A stretch of DNA of 64,000 nucleotides, from the NCBI GenBank assembly GCA_030141605.1, contig JAQGDQ010000059.1:682001-746000 (forward strand), given 5' to 3'. This DNA is from Tubiluchus corallicola (Eukaryota; Animalia; Priapulida). The notes under the pieces were generated by a model that was given only the letters and a program-made list of their open reading frames with translations, was not told the origin of the DNA and made no database searches. Shown piece after piece: positions 38,501 through 51,100 of the stretch. How positions within the stretch are numbered: position 1 is the stretch's first letter; each line of letters starts with the position of its first letter. Position numbers and translations under genes: made by a program.

Positions 38501-41500
38501 TAACCAGTGACAAACTAGCCCAAAAGCTAAGCATGGATGGAATTCGTAAAATTTTTCTATACCGAATGATGAATAACACGATTATTTGGCCGGGCAATGT
38601 TACTTATACTTCTGAGCGTCTGGCTGGTTGGGTTAAATATTACAGCCAATGGGTATGTACTTTAAACTGTATAATTAGTAATTTTTTTTTAATTCCTTTT
38701 TTATTTTTCATTGCTGTTGGTGAGACAGAGTACTCTTGTTTACCAAATCTCTGATGATCATAGCTTTATGTAAAAAAAGATGTTTTATTCTGCATGAAGT
38801 ATTTTCTGGGTTAAGATAGTTTAAAATAATAATCCTCGTGAAACTACTCATGAAATATTAATATTGGTACTGTGAAAAATCATTACCTTACATAACTATC
38901 CAGCAGTTTTGTGATGCTGTGATAGTGCTCTATGCAAATCAGGATGTCTGTTTCACAAGATGATTAGTAGCAATAGTCTTTAATAATAATTATGATCATT
39001 GTCCTCTAGAGTATTTAAAGAGTGTGCAGCAGAAACTTGTATTTACTAGGTTTGCTGTTTGCTCACTTATTAGTGATGTAACTATTATAGTACTGTATTG
39101 TACAATATATATTTTTGCAGTCACTACTCTATGTAAAATAATGAGCTAATACAACATAAAATCGGCCTAAATCACCTGACATCCAGGTAAGAAATTACGG
39201 GTTTGGTAATGCTAAGATGTTTTTAGCTCTTTCAGCAAATACTCAAACTGCCATCTTTAGGTAAAAACTGAAAGTGTGTACTAGCATCTGTCGAGTTGTT
39301 AAACATCATTTATGTCATTTGTATGCAGCAGTATTTGAGTCTATTTCTGCATTTTTGTATTCTAGCATTTGACATGGGTTGCACCTACTGGACTAAAGAG
39401 TACACAGTTGTCACATTTGATGGGCAGCAAACCAGCATTGATTCTTTTTGCTCCATTTTATCCACTTGAAGACATTAATTTTTATTTCCACATTGTAAGT
39501 ACTTTAACCAACTTTGACCTGCCACATTTTTGACTCACTTTGCTCTATTATTCCGTCACCGTAAACGAACAATGTATTCGTTATTCTTCGCAATTAACTG
39601 CAATCACATTCACTAATAATGCACAGACTGAGATAGTAATCATGCAAAATTTTCTAATTTTGGATATTTCATTATGTGTTTTCTCAGTAATCATTTCATG
39701 CTATCATGCCTGGGGATTATATAATATGCAATCAAATTAAGGTTACGTTGACTGCAATATGTGTGTGTGTGCACGTCTGTGCGTACATGTGTGCTTAAGT
39801 ACTGTTTTATACATATATGCTATCTAGGTAATTCAATATATGAGTAGCAAAAAAAACTAACATTAAACTTACAGTAAGAAAACTTGTCATTTTGTAGATT
39901 TTGCATGTGTGAACATACTAAACTTAAAATAGAGATTTAGCAGAGTATTTCTTAGTTTGATATTCCAATATTTAGTATCATTTATCATTATAGTTTGACT
40001 TCTGATTGCTTATTATAACTAATTTTGAGCAGCATAAGTTGTATTAATACGCATTATATTATCATGTCACATACATTCTGATTTTCTGGCACTTGAAGTA
40101 ATATTACGCACTTAGAAATGAAAAGGGTCTTTTGCTGTTTTTTTTTGTTTTTTATAGCTCAGGGAAGTGATGCTAGAATACAAAGACTGCAATGAGTCAA
40201 GCTCCATATATGATGCACTTGTAGCCATGCAAGCACAGCGATTGCAAAGTATAGAAAACAATCTACGTTTAGAAACTCTTTGTGATAGAAGTCAGGTACT
40301 TATATTGCATTCATAAATAAACATAGTTTTTTAAAAAGAAGACAGGTACAGATTTAGTGAACAAAACTCTAGGGAAACAGTAACCGACAACCTGGGCCGC
40401 TTTTGAAAATTCACAATTTTTTTCATTATGCGAAAACATGTCATCAAGCATTGCAGCTTAAAAATTCTGTATAAGCTTTTGTTTGTTCTATAACAAAATT
40501 CCAAATTGCAAGCTCAAGGTCTTCGTCAATTTAATGTTAACATATACATATGGTAAATTCTTCACATATGTATTTATTTTGTTATGCATAGATTTGACTT
40601 TGAATAATATTTCAATGGCTGAAAATTCATATCGTTATCCACTTTTCTGGAAAAAATATATGAACGTTCATCCAGGCTTAAGCCTGCCTTATTCAAAATT
40701 CAAAATGGACTCGGTCTTTAACGTAAGACTATCTTAATTATGGTTTTGTCAGAATACATGTATCATATTTTTTCAGCCATTTGCTGAAACAAAATATGAA
40801 ATTATTGTAATTTTGTAAAAATTCTTGTAATTTTTTAAACAAAGTAGATTGAAATGGCAAATGTATGTTTAGGCACTTAATTATTTGCCACTTTGTACAT
40901 ACAACAACAGTAATGTCATTGTAACTTCGAAGCTAATTTCTTTCTCATTGTTTTTTCATTTTCAGTTGCCTGTTCATATCACTAAGCAAGCTCATGATTC
41001 ATGTTGCCAGAGCATTGTGGTTCATTTTCCGTCAAATGTCACCAGCAAATGCAATTTCACCTGTGATTTCTGTGTGAGAATTTTAGATACAACTCTGCCC
41101 ACATGCGGAAGTGATGCTTGCTACCTTCTTTCCAAAGTGCAAAGTGAAAAGAAATATCATTTTCTACAGAGAGGCCTAAACTTGTGCAATACAGTGCCTT
41201 CATATGTTTGTGACACCTTAATGACATCAAACTGTGATAACATGTTATTTAATGAAACTGATAATGCTCATAGCCATAATAAAGAGAAACAGCCGGAACA
41301 TGGACCGGAGATGTATCTTCGTAATTCAAGTATTCTGCACAAGTGCAAACGAAAACGTTATCTGCACAGTGAGGCTTCTGTCAAAGTGCCATTGACTTAT
41401 GAAGAATATGTTTTTACTCCCGCAGTTTTGGGCTTACAGTGCAAGACGAACAGAAGCTTAGAATTTCTAGCAATGGACAGTCGATATTATTCACACTTTG

Positions 41501-44500
41501 CTCATAAACTGGGTGCCAATTTGTCATCTGCTGAGTCCACAGCAGTCATAGTGGACAAAGAGGTGCTGAATTAACTAAATAATGCTTGTATACACAAAAA
41601 TAATTACACATACACTTGGTTTCCCCAAACAGGTACAAGGAGGTTTCCACAAAAATAAAAAGAAAAAGAATATAACACTTGTGTACTGCCAGTCCACTGT
41701 GCTATATTGTACATTATGATGAGTAATATTGTAAATGGAATTTGATTTAAATTAAATTATGCATGAAATTTATTTTGACTAGTAGATCCAAAAACAGTAC
41801 TTACTGTGGTACTAAGTTTTAAATTTAGTTTTCTTGTAAAACCTTCCAAAATTAGCTAAAATGTGGCAGTGATACAGCTGGACCCAAGCATGGATGCTTT
41901 CAAAACACTTCACTGCATTGTTAGGACATCTTGCTCATTTCACTACAGGCATCTGTGTCATTGAAATCGTAATTATTTTAACTTTGTCCTTTTTTCAAAA
42001 AAAAAATTAATTCATATACTGAAATGAATATTAAAATAATGAATACCGGCACCAAAAAATTCAAATGTGCAGGTGTAAATATAAAAAATAATTTGTACTT
42101 TTCTAAACAGACTTAGAAGAAAAAGTTTTGTTAAATTTTACATATTTTTGAGGCTTAAGAAATTGGTTTTAATATTGTCCTGTTTCGTCTTTCACAGTTG
42201 ATACTGTCTGCTTTTTGGACTCAAATCAAAAAAATAATTTTTATTAAGTTTTCATATCTCTTGCAAGGTTAATAATACTTACCACTTTTTGATCAAATGT
42301 AAAGCTCATTGGCTGTTTTCTTGCATGACTGGTACTTGGTCCTTGAAAGAAAGTAATAAAGTAAACGTTATTGCCTCCAAAACAGTTAGAGGTCATTATT
42401 CAACATAAAATTGCTAAAAGAAATATAAGCAACAAAGATTTTATCAGATAGTCAAAGAAGAAAAATGGATTAAGGAAATAAAAGCAGAAAACTTATTTGG
42501 GTTGGTCGTTATTTAAGGTCATCAAAAGACAGTTCTGTCATTAAGGCTTTCCTGAATGAATCCAATCAGCAAAAAATAAAGCAAAAGCAGTTATTTATTT
42601 ACATGGACGAATTGCAGTTCAAAAAAATCTCTCTGAAATGCTAATTGTATTTTTTTAATGCAAATTGTCTCATTGTTTAGCTAAGTAAAACTCCATGAGG
42701 CATTCCAGTAGTAGACCTTACAAAGGTATTTTGAACCATGATGCTGTTCAAGATTGTTTACAGTGAAGATAGTGCTATAGTTAAAAGAAATTTATACAAT
42801 AGTCAACAACGTTTTGGGCACATTATTTGTTTCAAGAAGAAACACCTATTATTACACCTAAAATAACTATGTAGAAACAATCTTGAAAAAGGGAAACCAT
42901 AAGAGAAATGTGGTAGAAAATACTTGTATGAAATTTTTGACATTTATGTACATGATGAAGTTCTCTGTAGTGTAATTATGGCTTACAGATGTAGGAGGTT
43001 TCAACTTCTTGTTATTTTTTGTGACTACACCCTCAAAAGCTTGATTATTTTTTCTGTTCTAGAATGAAGTTCAATATATTATGGAACAAGTTTCAGCATT
43101 TTCAAAGCAAAGGCTTGGTATGACTTGTAGTATAGATTTTGTTCTAATCCTTATGCTTCATTATATATTCTTATTTCATTATTGTGTATATTTTAGAAAA
43201 CTGTTTTTATGTTTTATCGTTTCTGAGGGTTTATTATGTCGTCATTTTAATCCTTTTTATATTGCAGCTGAGTTTGTTCTTAACTTCACTGATGGCAAAT
43301 TAGATCGGTATTTACGCTCACAGACCATCGCTGCAAAATCAGATGTCAGTGAAGAAAATTTGATAGTGGAGGTGACAACCCACTCATTTCAGCACATTGT
43401 TCTTGATTCTGATACGGTATAATTCTAATGCCACTATTTGTCAATTTTATAGACTTTGTTATTCTGGTTTTCAGCCTTATAACATCACAGTAGAAAGCAA
43501 ACCTGACCAGGGGCGTCATGCACCAAAAAAAATTGGGGGGGGCCGACTGTATATAATGGCGGAACTTAACTGTTTAAAAAATGTATAATTTTGAAAAAAA
43601 AATAAACAGTATTTTGCGTGCAAGAAAAACGATTTATTTATTCCCAACTGGCATTTAACTTAAAGCTATAGTAACGGAAACTTAATTAAAATTAAAATTT
43701 AATTAAGTATTTATTAGTTGTCAGGAATCCGACGCAGAACATCACTCCAGAAGAGCTCAACCACAGACTTGAAATCCTAGCAGGAGAAAAATGATGAAAT
43801 GTGCTCAAAATCACGCCCTTTTATGCAGCAAACTCGTGGGAAAGAGTGGCTAAGGAGTAGCAAAGAGTCGGTAATGTCCAATCAGGAGGTGGCTGAGCCG
43901 TGGCTCATCGATTTGTATCTCCCAAACCGACTCTCTGGTACTAGGCTAGCTCGACAAACTGACTCTCTGGTACTAGGCTAGCTCAACATGACTTCAATGT
44001 TTGCATTGTTTTTGCTCTATTATTTCACTTATTCTCTATTATAACACACTGCTGAACGAAGCTCGAGTGCTAACTGAGCCGTTTTGTTAACTAACAGTCT
44101 TTTGTGCAAAGACGCTAATGCTACTCAACGAGCTGCTTTGTTAACTGTTCCTGCCTGCCTCCTGAATAGATTACATGCAAACAAATTAACTACATCCTGA
44201 CTTTCAGGTAAACACATACTCATGCTCACTGTTCGCATTTATGGAGCGCTGGCCCGCTATTGCCTGTCAAAAAGTCGGAAATAAATTTGCTTACCGGTCT
44301 CATTACGAGCCGCTGACACCCTTCAAATTTTTGACATTTTCTAAAAAAATTGGGGGGGGGGCCCGGGCCCCTATGGCACGACGCCACTGAACCTGACATA
44401 GAAGTTAGAGAAAGAGCCGAGACACAACACAGCTGGATGCACATTGAAATATTTACTAAATTAACTAGGGTGATTTAATCTGCACATGTCATTTGCACTC

Positions 44501-45811
44501 TACTCATCTTGTCACCTGTTTCTTTAGAATATTCTCACAATTAAAGCAACATCAAGCTGCTGCTTTGCACTGGCATAATAGTTTTGCTGCTTTATCAGTT
44601 AAGGGTAAAGCTGCTTAATAATGCAAACTTTCTACATAATAGTTTTTTTACTGTTTAACTGAAATAGTATGTCATATGATACATGTATGCAGTATGTTTG
44701 CATAAACGAAAGTATATTATTTTTTATTAAATTCACCCATAATAAAGCAAAGCAGACTTTTGATTTTCAGATTTCACAAATGACCCAGAACACTCACGGT
44801 TACTCCTGATGACTTGTCTGTGTAGATGCAGACTACCTAGTGACTACAAAATATTAAAACCGAGCACTTACTCTGGATGTACCACTATTTGTATGAGAAT
44901 TGCTAGTGAAGTAATAAAATAATTAATGCTGTTTATATTAAAAAGGGCTGAAACTTAGCTGAACTTGGACCAAAAATTAGTGAAAAACTAATTGGTAAAG
45001 GAATTGCCGAATTGACACTAAGAAGTCCATTAATAAGTGTGAGCAACTAGTTTAAATGAGGAATGAAATTCAGTCAGATGAATATCTGTAACAAGTACAA
45101 AATTAAAAACTTGTAAAAAACTGCAATATAGCAATATATGCAAACTTTATAGCAATTTGTTCTATTTTTAAGAAAATAAGATCAGTTATTCAAACTGTTT
45201 ACTGAACTGTAGTAAAATTTGTATATTTGGCCTTTTGCACTAGGATGTTTTATTGCTCTATTATGCACCATGGTGTGGCTTCTGTGCAGGATTTGCTCAT
45301 GTTTATCTCTCACTTGCTCGTTATTTTCGATCTACAAAAATCAGATTTGCAAGGTAAGCAAATTGGAAATAGATTTTTATAGTTTTATCCTCTCCCGGAC
45401 CTAAGTCACTCATTTTTCTATCGCACCAGATTAATTTCTTGCCTGTCTTGCATTGTCCTTGCTGTCCTGTTTTACCCTATTCCATGGTACTTTTTCTGAA
45501 AAAATAGGCTTCTCCCATTCTGTTTGTCCTGTCTTGTCTTGTTCCACCCTTCCTATCTTGATTTGATGCATTTGATCCTTTCTGTCTGAGCGCTTGTCTC
45601 AGTCTTTTTCGTCTTGTTTTATTTCACTTTGCCTTTTTGGTGCATATTACTCAATAGTATTTTCCTATTCTGTCTTGTTCCTTCCCATTATTAGAAACGT
45701 AATTGCATTAAATAGATTTTTCTGTTTTAGAATCAATGCAGAGGAGAATGAGTTGCCTTGGGAATTTACGGTTCAAACTTATCCCACTCTCATATTTTTC
45801 CCTGCAAAAAG
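34022..45811 (+). CDS. TXNDC11: Thioredoxin domain-containing protein 11 (ER PDI-family, EDEM2 partner); 12 exons found, 3' end not located
   Basis: Exons 34022-34176, 35810-36029, 36811-37044, 37858-37951, 38471-38652, 39366-39494, 40158-40295, 40966-41562, 43063-43117, 43268-43416, 45244-45353, 45731-45811 join in frame (2144 nt). Motifs I recognise from TXNDC11: AVNCWW..GQC, GYFDFNSSPQPPGYL, DVLLLYYAPWCGFC, NELPWEF...YPTLIFFP; N-terminal hydrophobic segment. Confidence 0.92.
35476..35548. repeat. (TA)n microsatellite
   Basis: Directly visible, one interruption. Confidence 0.97.
35810..36029 (+). CDS. TXNDC11: TXNDC11 exon 2 (start of first Trx-like domain)
   Basis: PPKPFF...VIDIYNG...FAMYYAPWDANC; CAG|GTAAGA. 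Confidence 0.9.
36811..37044 (+). CDS. TXNDC11: TXNDC11 exon 3
   Basis: VQFLAVNCWWRDGQC...YPIFMLY...; GAT|GTAAGT. Confidence 0.92.
37858..37951 (+). CDS. TXNDC11: TXNDC11 exon 4
   Basis: VCVVGYFDFNSSPQPPGYLSFHLAAIRTIAS. Confidence 0.92.
38471..38652 (+). CDS. TXNDC11: TXNDC11 exon 5
   Basis: DPMQPVKFAVVTSDKLAQKL...YTSERLAGWVKYYSQW; GTATGT donor. Confidence 0.9.
39366..39494 (+). CDS. TXNDC11: TXNDC11 exon 6
   Basis: HLTWVAPTGLKSTQLSHLMGSKPALILFAPFYPL; GTAAGT donor. Confidence 0.9.
40158..40295 (+). CDS. TXNDC11: TXNDC11 exon 7
   Basis: Long T-tract acceptor; LREVMLEYKDCNES...; CAG|GTACTT. Confidence 0.87.
40966..41562 (+). CDS. TXNDC11: TXNDC11 exon 8 (Cys-rich region)
   Basis: 199 open codons containing CCQS and GLQCKTNRSLEFLAMDSRYYSHFAHKLG...TAVIVDKE. 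Confidence 0.9.
43063..43117 (+). CDS. TXNDC11: TXNDC11 exon 9
   Basis: NEVQYIMEQVSAFSKQRL; phases bridge exons 8 and 10. Confidence 0.82.
43268..43416 (+). CDS. TXNDC11: TXNDC11 exon 10
   Basis: EFVLNFTDGKLDRYLRS...IVEVTTHSFQHIVLDSDT. Confidence 0.9.
43508..44389. mobile_element. Non-autonomous hAT transposon, 882 bp, in TXNDC11 intron 10
   Basis: TIRs CAGGGGCGTCATGC / GCACGACGCCACTG; perfect 8-bp TSD AACCTGAC at 43500-43507 and 44390-44397; subterminal A7TTG7-9GCC at both ends. Confidence 0.92.
45244..45353 (+). CDS. TXNDC11: TXNDC11 exon 11 (catalytic WCGFC)
   Basis: DVLLLYYAPWCGFCAGFAHVYLSLARYF...FAR; AG|GTAAGC. Confidence 0.94.
45731..45811 (+). CDS. TXNDC11: TXNDC11 exon 12
   Basis: INAEENELPWEFTVQTYPTLIFFPAK; AG|GTGAGT. 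Confidence 0.93.
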
Positions 45812-47532
45812 GTGAGTCATTTGAGCTGGTGTTCTATAAAAATAATTTTTTAGTACTAAACTTACAGTTGTGAAGCAATGTAGCTGCTAGGCAGCATACA
45901 TAATTTGATGCATTTTGGTAATGATGCATATCTGAATAATTAGTTTATATATGCAGACTACGCAGAAGAGAAAGCACCGTAAACATGTAAATACTATTAC
46001 GCATAATTTGGCAAGAAATGAAGCTGCTTTTGACACTAAACATAATTTTTACAGCCCTGGTAGTGGCATTGCATTTACAAAGTATTATCCGGCTTTTAAA
46101 TTAAATTGTTTTATTATGTTTGTGCGAAAATGGTAACTCTCTAAAATATCAAAATTTAAAAGATACATAGATTGCATAAATTAGCCACTATCATTATTTT
46201 CACGTTGAGGTGCGAAACTAATTTACTCTTGAGTTATCCAGTCTTTAAAATCGTGAATGATTTATTTAATTGTTTTGCTATTATATCATTATGGGTCAGT
46301 AATCTATTTTGTTTATATGAATCTTCTGTATTGGTCTGTTGTACAGAATAAGGCAGCTGTTATTCTGACAAATTTAGCAAAACTTGACAAACAAAATTGA
46401 TTTTATTTGTCTTATTCTTTTACATATTGGCTGTAAAAAACAGTGGAAAATATCTTTGCCTATCTTTCACATTTTGGAAACTAGAAGATTAAGAATGTGT
46501 CAGCTTTCTTTATTCCTTGCTATTGGTAACAACAGCTGTCATCCACTTAAACAAAGCTCAAACTAAAATGTCAAGATTTGATAAAGTTGTTTTTTCACGC
46601 GACACTATTAAAAAAATCCGTAAAATGTAATTGCATTTTGTCAATAGAACTGAAATGTCTTCATGGTACGTTGACTCCCCTGTGTGATGAATTACTGTGA
46701 CAGAATGGAATTTATTTGTTGTTAGATTTAGCCGTTTCTGCTGTTAAATGCTGGCCCTTTGGATGTGAAATACAGCAAGCTGGTGCAAAAAATGCGGAAA
46801 TGAAGGAAATTATACTTATTGTCATTGATGTTGACACGGTGCGAACCATTCCCTTAAACTTTGCGTAAATTAAAGAAGAGTGAAAAAATTTGCATAGGAT
46901 TTAAGTGATGACACATACAGTCATTTTCTAAAGGTCGTTTTGTAATGTTCTGTACCTTTCTGCTAGCATCTACTTTGCATCTTGTTTGTTTGGTTAATTC
47001 TTACTACTTAACAAATGGATCATTAACATATTGTCACTTATATTTCCCCAAAGAACAGCTGCCAGTGTTTCTGTGTTCTAACCTTGTCTCTTATCACTTT
47101 AAGGCTGGAACTTGTAATCATTGCAGAATTTTACACAAGACAGAGAATGTTCGTAGGTTTCCTGTGCATTTCTGCGTTTAAGACTTTCGTGCCACACTGC
47201 TTGTGAAAGAAAGTTTGCTTATTTTACAGGGCAATCCTCCTCTTATTATCTCATTGCTAATAAGTGCTAATAAGTTTTGTTTCACAGGATCATTAGGATG
47301 ATTGGTAACACTTTCAATGCGAACTTCGTGGCTATACAGTTAAATATAATGTCCATAGGTGGCAGACCACATATTAATTCAAGTTTATCACGAGAAGGAT
47401 GGAAATATTAGCCTGCAGCAGTTTTCATCACGTCATAAATCAGATCATCAAAATAAAATGGTTTTTCTAGTCAACCATGCTGGTACACTGCATAATGTAA
47501 TGGGGAGCACCAATGACTTACAACAAGTAATA

Positions 47533-47898
47533 ACAGTCCCAAATACAACATGGATGTGCATGCTGGGCATTTGCTCGGGGGCCCACGAGCATGGTGGCCT
47601 ATGCATGCTAATCTGTGTATATCAATATGTGACTTCAATGCTGTTAATGTTGAAGTTTTCGTGTTTTTCCATTCTCCTGTTATATTATTATTCAAATGTT
47701 TGTGTTGATTAATCCTTGCTGTACAGTATGTTTTTTAATGTCTAGACACTGATTTTGTTTTACAATCAATACAATACAATAAATATATCTTAATTTTATC
47801 GACCACAAAAATTCTTATTCCTGTGAGTTGTTGTGCAGGTAGGAAGCCCTAGTGCACTGCTTTGCTCGGTAGCCTATAATGGTGTTAAGACGGTCCTG
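47533..47898. mobile_element. Degenerate hAT-like MITE
   Basis: Right end ttaagacggtcctg; subterminal tttgctcgg repeated near both ends; left TIR eroded. Confidence 0.45.
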
Positions 47899-47963
47899 CA
47901 TAGATTTTTGTTTTATAATCATCTAGGGGCCCCAGGCTTTCTTCCTAATATTATAATTTTTCC

Positions 47964-48116
47964 GAGAGAAAGGGACGGAGCGAGAGCAAGAGAGAGAGAG
48001 AGCAAGAGAGAGAGAGAGAGAGAGGGGGGGAGAGGGAGGGAGAGAGAGAGAGGGGGGGAGGGGGGAGAGACAGAGAAAGAGAGAGAGAAGGGGAGATAGG
48101 GAGGAGAGAGAGAGGG
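47964..48116. repeat. GA-rich low-complexity tract
   Basis: Directly visible. Confidence 0.9.
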
Positions 48117-51100
48117 ATTTACAGATGTTTGGAAATAAATTTTGTATGGTTCTGCGTAACGACCATAAAAGTGGGCTTTTTATCAGAAAATCTTCGCATT
48201 GTGTTACATCATTTACCTGTCTTCTGTCTCTGGTGTTTGTTCAACTGTTTCTCTTTTTGTCAAGTGCATTTCTCAATCCCACTTGTTACTGTTCTGCTTC
48301 GGGTCGCTCGTTTTGTCCAATAATTTTCAATCTTCTCAGCGAATAACTCAAGTAGGTGATTCGGGGATTTATGGCCTGTCCGTACAAATTTCATCCGAAT
48401 CGATCAGAAACTGTTTCTAAAAATGTCAATGTTTGCTTTCCAGTCGAGTCCTTCATTTATACTTAGCTTTCTGACATGCTTTCATTGAGGGACTGTTTGC
48501 GAAACAGATTTACAGCCGTTCTTTTTTGCTCATTGAAGCCGTTTTGTATTCGTCAGGCGTGTACATAAAGCCGCGTTCACACTGATTTGAAGTCGAGCAT
48601 TTGCCGTTTATTGTCTCACTTGTGGTTAGCTCTTTCTTCGCTAATTTGCACTGGCATTTAATTTATTGCTCGCTGGTCTCGCACAACTTGAAGCAATTAA
48701 ATAATTTGTTTTGCGAACTGAAGTTGCGCTGTTTTATTCCTCATTACTAGATTAGTTGGCAACGCGCTTTGGCAGACTAAGTAAAAGCAAGATAGAATTC
48801 TTACAAATTATGAATTGAATCTTCGCTAATTTCATCTCTAGATTTCCGTTTCTTTCATGTCCTCTGCTATTGTTTGATCTTTTTAATACGACGGTTTTGC
48901 AGCGTCAACAGAGAAAAAATATGTTTACTTCTTCCATTAGTAAATCCTGTAAACCTCGGTGTTAAATGTCGGGCGGCTAACTTATATTCTGATTTCTTAA
49001 TACGGCTCACGGTCATGACGCGTTGTCTACGAAAGACTCATTTCTAGAAAGACGTCAAGGAATGGCGAAGTGGGCACGATTAATGACTAAGTTAAGCAGC
49101 AAGCAATATTAAGGCTGGTCAATAAGTAAGTGGGTGGCTGCCGGGTTTTTCAAATTTCATTTACCACTGAGTGTTGCAGAATACCAAACTGTTTGACAAA
49201 AAGCATGGGAAAATCTGGAGAAACGTCCCGGTACTTTAAAGGCGAGGTATATAGCTATGGTGCCATCCTTGGTTATGGAAGTTAAGAGTGGCAAGAGGTA
49301 GTGGATTGAACCGCTTCGATTCTCACTCTGGATGATTTAATTCGCCATGCTGGTCCTCTGCCGATTTATTTTAAAAACATGTTTTTATAATGAATCTGGT
49401 TCCGAATGCTGGATCCTGGCTTGCGAATTACGTAAAAAAGTCAAACACAGCTATGTTCGTGCTTTGCGTATCAACGATAAATATATGATTTTCTTGACTT
49501 GACTAGCCTTGCATATGCAAATATCCTCTTTATTACTTGCTGCATAAGGCCTAAATAGCAAAGTGCATAATTATAGTTCATTCGCTACTTTAACTAATCT
49601 TAAAACCCGATAATATATTAAGATGTGCACGTACTTCATGCGCTGAAAAGTCTTACTTGAAGTTTATCATTCTGCTGATACTCCTGGATTTAACATGACA
49701 ATGTTTCAGTCAGCGTGTAGCCAAGTTTTGTTGCCGCAACTGTGCGCTGATTCTGAAGTTGTTTTGCCTCTAGATTTCATTTCGCAAGAAGCTTGTGTGG
49801 GCAGTATGACAAAAGCCTTTGATTATATATTGTGTTGGTACTGTCAGTCATATCATTCATCATGGCTGTTATCTGCTGGCAATAATTGATATACACTTTA
49901 ATGACAAAAATGCTGAGTTTCAAGAATTGTTTAAATTTGAAAAAACTGTATTTCGAAATTAAATTCATTTACATTTGGTTAATATTATTAAATTACGACA
50001 CAGTACAATATGAGAAGACAGCTCAAATAAATCTACAGTTGTTTTATTCACGATTACTAACTTTACAATAAAAACGGCCTATAGGAAACGGTTACAGCTG
50101 TTACATTTAATATTAACATTTGCCATTGTGACAGTTTGAGCTTGATTTTGTCTATTTTATGTTAATCGCTAATTGAAAGCTCAGGTGTAATTTTCCCAAA
50201 TTGTTGCGCAGCATGTTTCTTGATTTTTTTGCGAAATCCTAGCTGGCCATGTCGTCTTCACCGTTGCCGCTTACGCAATCACACTTCCGGTATTTAAAAC
50301 ACCGGAAATTGACTTTCGAGGTAGGCCTCCTAATCGGGTTAAACTATTGCTTGAGAGTGTATCGGAAAAACAAGATTACGCGTAATAATGCCTTCTTTTC
50401 GGTTACGGAATTGTGCACGTACATCTTTGATGAAGGACTGCAAATCTTTGATGTAATCTCAGCGAGAAACTACTAAAGCAAGTTGAACGGCTGCATAAAT
50501 TCTCTTCCCTGTGACTGGATCACTTCGCTTTTGAGAATACAAGCTGATTCGTTATAATTTTGTGAAGCTTTGCAGCCGCAGAAACATTACGTTTAATACA
50601 AAGTGTGCAAAACGTCATTCATCTTAACAGAAGTCGTTCTTTTGCACATAATTCATAAGTCGTAAAGTCAAAAATGTCCATTAAATATCGTTAACTCTCA
50701 GTTACCTTGATTTAATCAGTGGCAAGCATAAGGGTCCGCTAATCTCAATATACGATTTAATGTCATTTGATCTCATAAGTCTTGATGGCAAACAAAGGGT
50801 AAATTGACTTTCCTGTGCTGAAAAATTCTAAGGTTTGTAACTGATATAATGTCTGCTGAAGTTACTGTTATTGCTGCAGATCTTGTTACAGACTCACGTT
50901 ATGGTGCAGGTTGCATATCACTGCAACTACGCTTGAACTTCTCCAGCATCTGTATGCTAAGCATTAGTGAAATTTCGCTGCGGATGCTGACATCTATCAA
51001 CAGAAAAATTAAATTTGTTGAAGTTTGTAGACTTGTGTGTTTATTTAGCAACATGAAGCTCGATTAAATATTGGGAGGGATTTACTCAAAAACTGACTGT

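Noticed and set aside
45425-45580. tgtcc/tgtct pentamer-like repeats in TXNDC11 intron 11
   Set aside because: Degenerate low-complexity or MITE remnant without regular spacers; not an array.
48903-49047. Phase-compatible open segment as TXNDC11 exon 13
   Set aside because: Peptide (VNREKICLLLPLVNPV...) shows no resemblance to the expected Trx end or coiled coil.
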